Positions 31,520 through 40,603 of a DNA stretch of 64,000 nt are shown here, in pieces. The notes beneath the pieces are model-generated. The model did no database searches. It saw nothing but the letters and a program-made list of their open reading frames with translations, and was not told the DNA's origin. Made by a program: the position numbers and the translations under genes. The DNA lies in NCBI GenBank assembly GCA_963821535.1, contig CAWGEC010000009.1:62010-126009 (forward strand), in the 5' to 3' direction. This stretch comes from an uncultured Actinomycetes bacterium. Lineage in GTDB: Bacteria; Actinomycetota; Thermoleophilia; Gaiellales; JAICJC01. Positions within the stretch are counted from its first letter, which is position 1. Each line of letters opens with the position of its first letter.

Positions 31520-32227
31520 CTAGGAGCCCTGGCGGTCGAGCCAGCGCGCTGCGGTCTCGCCGGTGTCGAGCACGTGCGCGTGAAGCTGGCGCCGGGCGCG
31601 GCGAGCGTCGCCGGCCACCAGCGCCTCGGTGATCCGGTCGTGGTCGTCGGCCGAGCGGGGGATGATCTCCGGGTCGTCGGCGAACGTGCGCCAGGCGATC
31701 GAGCGCGGCACCATGTTCTGGAGGGACTGGACGGTGTCGCGAAGCGGCGGGCACGCCGCTGCCGCGAGGATGACGTTGTGGTAGAGCTCGTTGGCCTGTG
31801 ACCACTGCTCGCAGAGGATCGCCCGGCCGCGGTCGTCGCCGGCGTCGAGCGACCCGTAGCGGGTGTATCCGGTGCGCAGGAGGGCCTGCGCCGCCTCGAT
31901 GTCGCTTCGGTCATACCCGGTGAGCCGGCCGGCCGCCCGCTCCGCGGCGAGGCCCTCGAGCTCGGCGCGCACCAGGTAGACGTTTCGGCACTCCTCCGCC
32001 GAGAACTGGCGCACGAGGGCGCCGCGGTGGCCGAGCTGCTCGACGAGCCCGAGCGCCTGGAGCTGGCGCAGCGCCTCGCGCACCGGCGTTCGGCTCACGC
32101 CGAAGCGGGCGGCGAGGTCCTCCTGGCGCAAACGCGTCCCGAGCGGGATGCGGCCGGTGACGATCTCGGCCTGGAGCTCATGGGCCAGGTCGTCGGCGCG
32201 CGAGAGGCCTCGGGTTGATTGCTCCAT
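31520..32227 (-). CDS. GntR/FCD transcriptional regulator
   Basis: LRQEDLAARFGVSRTPVREAL wHTH plus FCD domain. Confidence 0.92.
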   Translation of the reverse strand: MEQSTRGLSRADDLAHELQAEIVTGRIPLGTRLRQEDLAARFGVSRTPVREALRQLQALGLVEQLGHRGALVRQFSAEECRNVYLVRAELEGLAAERAAGRLTGYDRSDIEAAQALLRTGYTRYGSLDAGDDRGRAILCEQWSQANELYHNVILAAAACPPLRDTVQSLQNMVPRSIAWRTFADDPEIIPRSADDHDRITEALVAGDARRARRQLHAHVLDTGETAARWLDRQGS

Positions 32228-32263
32228 GGTGAAAGTATTTCACCTCCGGCCCGAATCCCATTC

Positions 32264-32306
32264 TTGAATCCAGTGAGTTGCAGTTTGGATCCAAAGTGAC
32301 TAAGGT
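32264..32306 (+). promoter_or_regulatory. Promoter TTGCAG-N17-TAAGGT with the palindrome TTTGGATCCAAA in its spacer (candidate GntR operator)
   Basis: Perfect 12-bp palindrome at 32284-32295, related TTGAATCCA at 32264; lies between the divergent GntR and reductase genes. Confidence 0.6.
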
Positions 32307-32314
32307 TGCCGGCC

Positions 32315-33970
32315 ATGTCCACCACCGAAGACGTCAAGCTCCCTGCGATCGAGCACATCAAGGCCCGCAAGGACGGGCTCGACGTGCTCGCCGACATCTA
32401 CCGCTACGCCGAGCTCGGGTTCGACGCCATCGAGCCCGACGACCTGGCCCTGTTTCGCTGGTACGGCATCTACACCCAGCGCTCCGAGGCGTCGGCCGCT
32501 TCGGGCGATCCGGGACCCTCCGAGGAGACCGACGGGTACTTCATGCTGCGGATCAAGTTCCCGAACGGCATCGTCACCGCCGACCAGCTGCGGGCCGTCG
32601 GGCGCCTCTCGGAGCGCTACGGGCGCGGCATGGGCGACATCACGACGCGCCAGAACATCCAGCTCCACTGGCTGCGGATCGAGGACATGCCGGTGATCCT
32701 CGACGAGCTGAACGCCGTCGGGCTCTCGTTCACGCAGGCCTGCGGCGATGTGTGGCGAAACGTCGTCGGCTGCCCGCTCGCCGGCGTCGACGGCCACGAG
32801 CTCCACGACTCCCGCCCTCTGATCGAGGAGCTCGAGCGCACGTTCGTGGGCGACCGCCGCTTCTCGAACCTCCCGCGCAAGTTCAAGGTCTCGGTGTCGG
32901 GGTGCCTGCACCGCTGCGCGCAGCACGAGATCAACGACATCGGGCTCGTCGCGGTCGAGAAGGACGGGGTCGTGGGCTACGACGTCTGGGTCGGCGGCGG
33001 CCTCGGCGCGTCGGCCCGGATGGGCCGGCGGCTCGACGTGTTCGCCCTGCCCGAGGAGGCGGCCGACGTGTGCCGGGCGATCACCGAGATCTTCCGCGAC
33101 GAGGGCAACCGCTCCAAGCGGACGCGCGCGCGGATCAAGTTCCTGGTCGACGAGTGGGGCGTCGAGCGGCTGCGCGCCGAGGTCGAGGAGCGGCTGGGCC
33201 GCTCGCTGCCGACGTCGGTCGTCCCGGCCGATCCCGTCGATCCGCACCGCGACCACCTCGGCGTCCATCCGCAGGTGCAGCCGGGCCTCTACTACCTGGG
33301 CGCGACCACCCTGCGGGGCCGCTTCACCGGCGACCAGATGATCGCCGTGGCCGACATCGCCGACCGGTTCGGCTCCGGCGCGCTGCGCTGCACGAACCGC
33401 CAGAACATCATCGTGCTCGACGTCCCGGACAGCCAGGTCGACGAGGCGGCGGCGTCCCTGCGCGACGTCGGCCTGCCCACCGAGGCTTCCACGTTCCGGC
33501 GCGGCGTCATCTCCTGCACCGGGATGGAGTTCTGCAAGCTCGCGATCGTCGAGACGAAGGAGCGCGCCGCCGAGCTGATCGAGCACCTCGAGCGGCGCGT
33601 CGGCGACGTCGCCGGGTCGCTTCGGATCAACCTGAACGGCTGCCCGAACGCGTGCGCCCAGTACCAGGTCGCCGACATCGGCCTCCAGGGCGGGATCGCG
33701 CGTCTCCCCGACGGCCGCCGCGTCCAGGGGTTCATCCTCCACATCGGCGGGCGGCTGGGCGCCGACGCGGGGTTCGGGCGGCGGGTCGCCTCGAAGGCGA
33801 TGCCCGCCGACGACGCGCGGTATGCGGTCGAGCGGATCGTCCGCGCTTACGCGGGCGAGCGGCCGGCCGACGGCACGTTCGCGGAGTGGGCGGCGGCGCA
33901 GTCGGACGGGCGCCTCGCCGCCCTGGCCGGGGTCGCGGTTGCCCGCGAGCCGGCCGAGGCGGCGGCGTAG
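32315..33970 (+). CDS. Ferredoxin-dependent sulfite/nitrite reductase (SirA/NirA)
   Basis: RWYGIYTQR, TTRQNIQLH, NLPRKFK, siroheme/4Fe-4S motifs SCTGMEFC and GCPNAC. Confidence 0.93.
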   Translation: MSTTEDVKLPAIEHIKARKDGLDVLADIYRYAELGFDAIEPDDLALFRWYGIYTQRSEASAASGDPGPSEETDGYFMLRIKFPNGIVTADQLRAVGRLSERYGRGMGDITTRQNIQLHWLRIEDMPVILDELNAVGLSFTQACGDVWRNVVGCPLAGVDGHELHDSRPLIEELERTFVGDRRFSNLPRKFKVSVSGCLHRCAQHEINDIGLVAVEKDGVVGYDVWVGGGLGASARMGRRLDVFALPEEAADVCRAITEIFRDEGNRSKRTRARIKFLVDEWGVERLRAEVEERLGRSLPTSVVPADPVDPHRDHLGVHPQVQPGLYYLGATTLRGRFTGDQMIAVADIADRFGSGALRCTNRQNIIVLDVPDSQVDEAAASLRDVGLPTEASTFRRGVISCTGMEFCKLAIVETKERAAELIEHLERRVGDVAGSLRINLNGCPNACAQYQVADIGLQGGIARLPDGRRVQGFILHIGGRLGADAGFGRRVASKAMPADDARYAVERIVRAYAGERPADGTFAEWAAAQSDGRLAALAGVAVAREPAEAAA

Positions 33971-33980
33971 GCGTCCGCAG

Positions 33981-34169
33981 CTAGACGGCGGGGCGCGCCT
34001 TGCGGCCGAGCGCGATGCCGGTGAAGAGTCCCCGGCGGCGGAGGCGGCTCTCGCGCACCTGCGCCTTGAGGCGACCCGCGCGCGCCTCGCGGATCAGATC
34101 GGTGTGCCGGATCGCCGCCAGGCGCTCGTCCTGGGTGATGCGCACGAAGTCGGGTGTGTGTGGATGCAT
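33981..34169 (-). CDS. Small basic hypothetical protein (62 aa)
   Basis: MHPHTPDFVRITQDERLAAIRHTDLIREARAGRL...; fills the gap and converges on the reductase stop. Confidence 0.5.
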   Translation of the reverse strand: MHPHTPDFVRITQDERLAAIRHTDLIREARAGRLKAQVRESRLRRRGLFTGIALGRKARPAV

Positions 34170-34212
34170 GCCCACATGACGCGCGGGCACGCCACCATCT
34201 TCCCAAGATGGG

Positions 34213-34460
34213 TGATCCCCAGCTCCCGCGCGTCCGGACGTACCGCTGTTTGTGCAGACCAGGGGTGGTGGGGCTGCGGCTGCGAACCGTCGCATCCACG
34301 GGAGACCTGCTTGGATAGCAGGTCTTCCCGTGACCGCTGCAAGGCGTTCGCCTTGCACCTTGTCCTCGGTCGCGTCGATATTTCAACCAATATCGACGCT
34401 CCCTGCGTCCTTGCGCTACTCGGTTCTCGCCGCCCAGGACGTCACGGGAGCTGGGGATCA
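34213..34460 (-). ncRNA. Unassigned ~250-nt highly structured element (candidate ncRNA)
   Basis: Perfect 16-bp closing stem extended by bulged helices, plus four internal hairpins; no credible ORF. Confidence 0.55.
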
Positions 34461-34465
34461 ACTAT

Positions 34466-34864
34466 CTACACCGGCGCGGGGCTCATCGAGTAGATGAAGA
34501 AGGCCGGCTCGTCGCCCACGTTCTCGAGCCGGTACTCCCAGCCGGGCGCCAGGTAGACGCCGTCGTCGGGGCCGATCTCGAGCTCGCCCTCGTCCCATGT
34601 GAGCCGCAGCCGGCCGCGGACGACGAAGTACGTCTCGTCGACCGGCCCGTACCAGTGGTCGCCCTCGCCGGTGGAGTCGGCGTCGGTGAACGACCAGGTG
34701 TTCGTCCGCTCGCCGGGATCCATCCAGGCCGCGCCGAGGAGCAGGTTCGACCCGTGCTCGGTCTTCGTCACGATCCGGCCGATCCGCACCCGGGTCGGCG
34801 CCTCCGCGGCCGGGATGACCGGGACGGACTCGAGCGGGATCACGGCGGGGCGGGGGCGGTCCAC
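34466..34864 (-). CDS. Cupin-domain protein
   Basis: DETYFVVRGRL...WDEG...GVYLAPGWEYRLEN cupin motif 2. Confidence 0.8.
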   Translation of the reverse strand: MDRPRPAVIPLESVPVIPAAEAPTRVRIGRIVTKTEHGSNLLLGAAWMDPGERTNTWSFTDADSTGEGDHWYGPVDETYFVVRGRLRLTWDEGELEIGPDDGVYLAPGWEYRLENVGDEPAFFIYSMSPAPV

Positions 34865-34930
34865 GGGGCGAGCCTACACGGATCCGGCTACGATGGGGAT
34901 GAAGCGTTGCCGGGGGCGATCCCCGGTGAA

Positions 34931-35036
34931 TCGCATCCAGAGAGGCGGAGGGACCGGCCCTGTGAAGCCTCGGCAACCGCTCCGATCGGCGGAGAACGGT
35001 GCCAAATCCGGCGGGGCCCCGCCCCGGTAGATGTGA
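34931..35036 (+). promoter_or_regulatory. SAM-I (S-box) riboswitch
   Basis: ATCCAGAG-AGGCGGAGGGA-CCGG-CCC-TGTGAAG-CCTC-GGCAACC...GGTGCCAAATCC...AGATG; P1 TCGCATC/GATGTGA. Confidence 0.92.
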
Positions 35037-35058
35037 CCACCGACCTGGGGGATCGACC

Positions 35059-36285
35059 ATGAAGGCCGCTCGACTCGTCTGCAAAGGCTGCTCAGCCGTC
35101 TACCCGCTCGAGGCGCTCTTCGCCTGCGACCGCTGCTTCGGCCCGCTCGAGGTCGGCTACGACGACGTCGGCGCGCCCATCGCCCGCGAGGCGGTGGAGG
35201 CCGGGCCGCCCACGCTGTGGCGGTACGCCGACTTCCTGCCCGTCGCGCCGCCGGCGGGCGGGCTGCCGGTGGGGCGCTCCCCGCTCATCCGGGCCGACCG
35301 GCTCGCGGCGGAGCTCGGCCTCGAGTGCACCCTCTTCATCAAGACCGAGACGTCGAACCCGACCCACTCGTTCAAGGACCGGGTCGTCGCCGTGGCCGCC
35401 GCCAAGGCCGTCGAGCTCGGCTACGAGGCGCTCGCCTGCGCGTCCACGGGCAACCTGGCGGGGGCCACCGCGGCCGCGGCCGCCGCGCTCGGGCTTCCGG
35501 CCTACATCTTCGTGCCCGCCGACCTGGAGCGCGAGAAGATCGTGGCCGCGGCCGCCTACGGGGCGACCGTCTTCGCCGTGGACGGCTCCTACGACGACGT
35601 GAACCGGCTGTGCTCGGAGCTGGCCTACGAGCGGCCGTGGGCGTTCGTGAACGTGAACATGCGCGCCTACTACTCGGAGGGATCGAAGACGATCGCGCTC
35701 GAAACGGCGGAGGACCTCGGCTGGCGCGCGCCCGACCGCGTTGTCGCGCCGATCGCGTCGGGCTCGCTCTACACGAAGATCCTCCAGGGCTTCCGGGAGG
35801 GCCGGGCGGCGGGGCTCGTGGAGCCCGGCCCCGATCCGATCATGCACGGCGCCCAGGGCGAGGGCTGCGCGCCGGTCGCCACGGCGTTCGCGGCGGAGGC
35901 CGACCATGTGGTGCCCGTCCGGCCGCGCGGGCTCGCCAAGTCGCTTGCCATCGGCAATCCGGCGGACGGCGTCTTCGCGCTGGGCGTGGCGCGCTCCACG
36001 GGCGGCACGATCGAGTCGGCAGACGACGACGAGCTCGTCGACGGCATCCGGCTCATCGCGCGGACGACCGGGATCTTCACCGAGACGGCGGGCGGCGTCA
36101 CGGCGGCCGTCCTGCGGCGGCTGGCGGAGCGGGGCGAGATCGCCCCCGGCGAGACGGTCGTCGCCTACATCACGGGCGACGGGCTGAAGACGATCGACGC
36201 CGTGGTGCCGGCGGTCGCGACGATCGACGTCCCCGCGGACGTCGACGCCGTCGACGCCGCGCTCGCGCCCGCCGCGCTGACGTGA
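35059..36285 (+). CDS. thrC: Threonine synthase-like PLP enzyme (SAM-riboswitch-controlled paralogue)
   Basis: CxxC/CxxC Zn ribbon, NPTHSFKDR, ASTGN, EGSKT, SLAIGNP, ITGDGLK. Confidence 0.85.
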   Translation: MKAARLVCKGCSAVYPLEALFACDRCFGPLEVGYDDVGAPIAREAVEAGPPTLWRYADFLPVAPPAGGLPVGRSPLIRADRLAAELGLECTLFIKTETSNPTHSFKDRVVAVAAAKAVELGYEALACASTGNLAGATAAAAAALGLPAYIFVPADLEREKIVAAAAYGATVFAVDGSYDDVNRLCSELAYERPWAFVNVNMRAYYSEGSKTIALETAEDLGWRAPDRVVAPIASGSLYTKILQGFREGRAAGLVEPGPDPIMHGAQGEGCAPVATAFAAEADHVVPVRPRGLAKSLAIGNPADGVFALGVARSTGGTIESADDDELVDGIRLIARTTGIFTETAGGVTAAVLRRLAERGEIAPGETVVAYITGDGLKTIDAVVPAVATIDVPADVDAVDAALAPAALT

Positions 36286-37212
36286 CGCCGGCGGTCCGCC
36301 CGCCGCGGCGCGAGGACTTCGCCGCCATCGTCGCCGTCGGCGAGGCGTTCGACCGCGCGCTCACCGGCACGGGCGACTGGTCGGAGGACGACGTGGCGCA
36401 CGACTGGCGGGAGCTTTCCGACCCGGAGCGCGACGCGTGGGTCGTCGAGGACGGGGGCAGGATCGTCGGCTATGCGACAGTCCAGGACGACGGCGAGGGC
36501 ACCTTCTACGCCGATGGATACGTGCACCCCGACCGGTTCGGGCGGGGGATCGGGGCGCTGCTCGTGGAGCTCGCCGAGCGGCGCACGGCCGAGCAGCTGG
36601 AGGCCGTGGCGCAGCCGCGCGTCGTCATCCAGAACACCGTGCTGCACGTCGACCGGGCCGCCCACGGCCTGCTCGAGGGCCGCGGCTACCGCCCCGTGCG
36701 GCACTTCCTGCGGATGCAGATCGACATGTCGGAGCCGCCGCCGGCGCCCGTGTGGCCTGCGGGCGTGCTCGTGGCCCCGTTTCGGCCGGACGAGGACCTG
36801 GCGGCCGTCCATGCGTGCGTCCACGAGGCGTTCGCCGCACGAGTGGAGCTTCCGCCCCGAAGCGATCGACGACTGGCGGAAGCGGAAGCTCGAGGATCCG
36901 CGCTTCGACGCGTCGCTCTGGGCGGTCGCGCGTGAGGGCGGGGAGGTGTGCGGCGTCGCCCTCTCGACCGCGGGGCAGTTCGAGATGGGGTTCGTGAACT
37001 CGCTCGCCGTGCGGCCCGCCTGGCGACGCCGCGGGCTCGGGCTGGCGCTCCTGCACCAGGCCTTCACGTGGTTCTGGGAGCGCGGCGAGCGGCGCGTGGG
37101 GCTGGGCGTCGACACCGAGAACCCGACCGACGCCAGCCGGCTCTACGAGCGAGCGGGGATGCGCGCTGTCTGGCAGGCCGACGTCTACGAGAAGGTGCTG
37201 CGCGGGGCGTAG
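36282..37212 (+). CDS. Tandem-GNAT acetyltransferase (MshD-like fold; frameshift near 36840)
   Basis: VHPDRFGRGIG and AVRPAWRRRGLG...LGVDTENPTDASRLYERAGM. Confidence 0.82.
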
Positions 37213-37330
37213 GAGCGGGCCGCCACCGGCGGCTGGTGAACGGCCCGCGTCATCAGGTGTCGGCGCCGGGCGCCGTCCCCGCCCATCACCGCGGCGGGGA
37301 AACATGCCTCCCCGTTTCGGAGGGTCGGGC

Positions 37331-37672
37331 CTACGCGGCGGCGGGCGCGAACTCGTCGAGGCGCAGGGCCTGGGCGAGCTGTGCCTTCGGCCGCGCACCG
37401 ATCGCGTGCGCGACGACCTGGCCGTCCTTGATCAGGACGATGGTCGGAATCGACGCTACGCCGAACGAGGCGGCGATGCCGGGCTCCGCGTCGACGTCGA
37501 GCTTCCCGACCTTGATGCGGCCGGCGTACTCGCCCGCCAGCTCGTCGACGATGGGGCTGACCATGCGGCACGGGCCGCACCAGGCTGCCCACATGTCGAG
37601 CAGGACCGGGATGTCGGACTCGGCGACCTCGGTCTGGAAGTTCGAGGATGTGATCTCGATGGACTGGGACAT
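37331..37672 (-). CDS. trxA: Thioredoxin
   Basis: WAAWCGPC, cis-Pro SIPT. Confidence 0.95.
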   Translation of the reverse strand: MSQSIEITSSNFQTEVAESDIPVLLDMWAAWCGPCRMVSPIVDELAGEYAGRIKVGKLDVDAEPGIAASFGVASIPTIVLIKDGQVVAHAIGARPKAQLAQALRLDEFAPAAA

Positions 37673-37696
37673 TCGTGCTTCTCCTCCACAACGGAA

Positions 37697-37738
37697 CTAG
37701 ATAGCCAGATAGCTAAATAGTTGCACATGTGGTACGCT
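37697..37738. promoter_or_regulatory. AT-rich candidate ArsR operator and extended -10 promoter (TGnTACGCT)
   Basis: Repeated ATAG units (TAGATAGCCAGATAGCTAAATAGTT) between divergent trxA and ArsR; -10 is 7 nt from ATG 37746. Confidence 0.5.
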
Positions 37739-37745
37739 CGTGCAA

Positions 37746-38084
37746 ATGCCGCTTCCAAGCCCTCTTACCCAGGAGCTTGCCGAGGCAATCGCGGATCGGT
37801 TCCGCGTCCTCGGCGAGCCCACCCGCCTTCGCCTGCTCGACCTCCTCGCCGGCGGTGAGCGCACGGTCGGCGACCTGGCCGGGGCGATCGGCTGCACGAC
37901 GGCCAACGTCTCGAAGCACCTGGCGCTCATGGCCGACGCCGGCATCGTCACCCGCCGCCGCGCGGGGCTGCACTCGTACTACGCGGTGTCCGACACCGCC
38001 GTGTACGAGCTGTGCGGCCAGGTGTGCGGCTCGCTGCGCGCGATCGCCGACGCCCGCGCGGCCAGCCTGCGCGAGACCGCCTGA
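37746..38084 (+). CDS. ArsR/SmtB family regulator with C-terminal CxxxC
   Basis: FRVLGEPTRLRLL, NVSKHL, ELCGQVC. Confidence 0.9.
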   Translation: MPLPSPLTQELAEAIADRFRVLGEPTRLRLLDLLAGGERTVGDLAGAIGCTTANVSKHLALMADAGIVTRRRAGLHSYYAVSDTAVYELCGQVCGSLRAIADARAASLRETA

Positions 38085-38246
38085 AACACCTGTACCTGGT
38101 ACCAATGTTTCACCCAGACCACCGGCTGAAACACCGGTCGCCTGATCTGACCGAATGTTTCTCATTCAGTGAAACGAGTGCCATGTCCCAGTTTCAGCCT
38201 GACACCGGGGCCAGGCCCCGGACGGGGCCTGGCCCCATGGGGTTCG
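38082..38246. repeat. BIME-like composite REP cluster between convergent genes
   Basis: Two TGAAACAC...ATGTTTC hairpins followed by a family A copy GGGGCCAGGCCCC-GGAC-GGGGCCTGGCCCCATGGGGTTCG. Confidence 0.7.
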
Positions 38247-38251
38247 GGCTC

Positions 38252-39284
38252 CTAGAGGCGCGTGCGGAGCGCCAGCACGTTGGCGACGTACGGCTTGCTG
38301 ATCGGCAGGACGCCGAACATCCGGGTCGCACTCTCGCCCTGGTAGTAGGCGGCGACCGCCAGGCGCTCGTTCCCGCCGAATCCGACCAGCAGATGGCGCA
38401 GGAACGCCACTCCGACGCGGACGCCGCCGTCGGGCGTGTGGGCGATCGGCACCCCGATCACGCCGTCCTCGACGAACGACCACGTCGCGGGCATCACCTG
38501 CATGACGCCCCATGCGCCGGCGGCCGAGACGGCGTGGGGGTTCCAGCCCGACTCCTGCCAGGCGATGGCCCGGACGAGGTGCGCGTCGACGCCGTAGTGG
38601 GCGCTCCAGTGGTCGATCGACCAGCCGACCGACCAGGGCGCCGGCGTGGGGGCGGGGGAGGCGGTGGAGACGGCGCGCGCGGCGTGCGCCGGGACGCGCA
38701 GCCGCGTCCCCGTGATGAGCAGGGCGTGGATGCGAAGGCCGTTTGCGCGCGCGAGGCGGTGCAGGCCGACGCCGAACCGGCTGACCGATGGCCGTCAGCG
38801 TGTCGCCGCGGTGGACGCGGTAGCGGCCCCGCCAGCCCGCGCCCGTGCGCCTGCGGACGTGCGTTCGGCTGTGGTGGCGCGGGGGACGGGCGTGAGCCCG
38901 GGCATGACCCGGGATGCGAAGCGTCGTGCCCGAGATCAGAAGGCCGCGCGGCCGCAGGTCGTTCGCCCGCGCCAGGCTGCCAAGGCCGATGTGGTACCGG
39001 GCCGCGATCGCCGACAGCGTGTCGCCCCACTGCACCGTGTAGGTGGCGCGCGCGGCGCCGGAGTGGGTGCGGCCGGGGACGTGCAGCACCGTTCCGGCGA
39101 CCAGAACGGCGTACGGGTCGCGGTGGTTCATCCGCGCGAGCCGGTTCAGGCCGACGTGATGGGACTGCGCGATCCACGTCAGCGTGTCGCCCCAGCGCAC
39201 GACGTAGCGCCCCGCCTGAGCGGGTGATGCGGAGAGGAGCGCGATCACGATCGCGGTCGCCGCCGCCACGGCGCGGATACGCAC
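38252..39284 (-). CDS. Secreted 3x LysM + SLT lytic transglycosylase (frameshift near 38785)
   Basis: Three Y.V..GDTL..IA repeats; AIAWQESG, GAWGVMQVMP, AAYYQG. Confidence 0.88.
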
Positions 39285-39398
39285 CTGGAGTTGCCCCTGG
39301 TTCGATTCCAGAACCAGCCATTTTCGACGGCCGGCCGCGCGCCTCCTTCTTCGCGCCGTCCGGTCGTCGTCGATGAGTGTTGGCGCATGCTCTCGGCG

Positions 39399-40129
39399 AT
39401 GGGCACGGCGCAGCGCGATCTTCTGACCAAGGTTGTCGCGGAGGCCGTCGGCATGTTCGCGCTGATCTTCATCGGCGCGGGCTCGATCGTCGTCGGTGCC
39501 GACCTGACCGGCGTTGCCCTCGCCCACGGGCTCGGTCATCGGCGTCATGGTGTGCGCCGGTCGGGCACATCTCCGGCGGCCACTTCAACCCGGCCGTGAC
39601 ATTCGGCTTCTGGCTGACGAAGCGGATGACCGACGACTGGAGCCGTCGCGTACTGGGTCGGGCCAGTTCGTCGCCGCGATCCTCGCCGCGCTGCTCCTCA
39701 AGGCGCGCGCTCCCGGTCGAGGGCACGCTCGGCCGCACGTCGCCCGGCCCGGGCGTCGGAGACGGCCAGGCGCTCCTGATCGAGTTCATCCTCACGTTCT
39801 TCCTCGGGTGGGTCATCTACGCCGTCGCGGTCGACGAGCGCGGGCACCATGGGCGTCGTCGCCGGGCTTCCGATCGGCTTCGTCATCACCTTCGACATCC
39901 TGATGGGCGGCCCGCTACCGGCGCCAGCATGAACCCCGCCCGGACGCTCGGGCCCGATGTCGTCACCGGCCACTTCGACTCGATCTGGATCTACTTCCTC
40001 GCCTGCCCGGCGGGCGCCGCGGCGGCGATGGGCCTCTATGACTGGCTCGTCCTGCGGCCGCGGGCGGCCGAGGCCGCTGCCGCCGAGACGCAGGAGCGCC
40101 CGCGGCGACGGTCTCCCGGCACGTCGTAG
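39399..40129 (+). CDS. MIP/aquaporin channel (several frameshifts)
   Basis: ISGGHFNPAVT and GASMNPAR NPA boxes. Confidence 0.85.
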
Positions 40130-40374
40130 TTCGCGGGCTCGTCCAGGGCGTCGGGTTCCGCTATGCCGTCGCCGAGCGGGCACGGTCGCGCAGCGTGGCG
40201 GGCTCCGTCCGGAACCTGGCGAGCGGTGAGGTGGAGGCGGTCTTCGAGGGCGACCCGGCCGCCGTCGAGACGCTGGTCGAGTTCTGCCGGCGCGGCCCGC
40301 GCGGCGCCGAGGTGACCGCCGTCGAGGTCGAGGACGCGCCGCCCACCGGCCGGCAGGGCTTCGAGGTGCGCTGA
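40102..40374 (+). CDS. acyP: Acylphosphatase (no canonical start; GCG at the expected start position)
   Basis: VRGLVQGVGFR, VRNL..GEVEAVFEG, GPRGAEV; AGGAG RBS upstream; absent from the ORF track. Confidence 0.85.
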   Translation, partial: AATVSRHVVVRGLVQGVGFRYAVAERARSRSVAGSVRNLASGEVEAVFEGDPAAVETLVEFCRRGPRGAEVTAVEVEDAPPTGRQGFEVR

Positions 40375-40375
40375 G

Positions 40376-40603
40376 TCAGCCCGGGGGAGCGCCGCCGTCC
40401 GGCGCGCGCCCCAGCCGCTCGAGCAGCTCGGCGACCCGGCCCTCGGCTGCATCGAGCTTCGCCCGGCAGAGCGCGTGCAGCGCCTCGCCGCGCTCCCACA
40501 GCGTGATCGCCTCGTCGAGCGACGTGCGGCCGTCCTCGAGCTTGCGAACGATCTCCTCGAGCTCGTCGCGGGCCTCTTCGAAGGTCGGCTCGCGCGACGT
40601 CAC
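40376..40603 (-). CDS. xseB: Exonuclease VII small subunit
   Basis: TFEEARDELEEIVRKLEDG..SLDEAITLWERG. Confidence 0.93.
   Translation of the reverse strand: MTSREPTFEEARDELEEIVRKLEDGRTSLDEAITLWERGEALHALCRAKLDAAEGRVAELLERLGRAPDGGAPPG

Noticed and set aside
34213-34460. SRP RNA, RNase P RNA, tmRNA or IS element
   Set aside because: Lacks the SRP helix-8 motif, the RNase P GAGGAAAGTCC motif and tRNA-like ends; no transposase or clear target-site duplication
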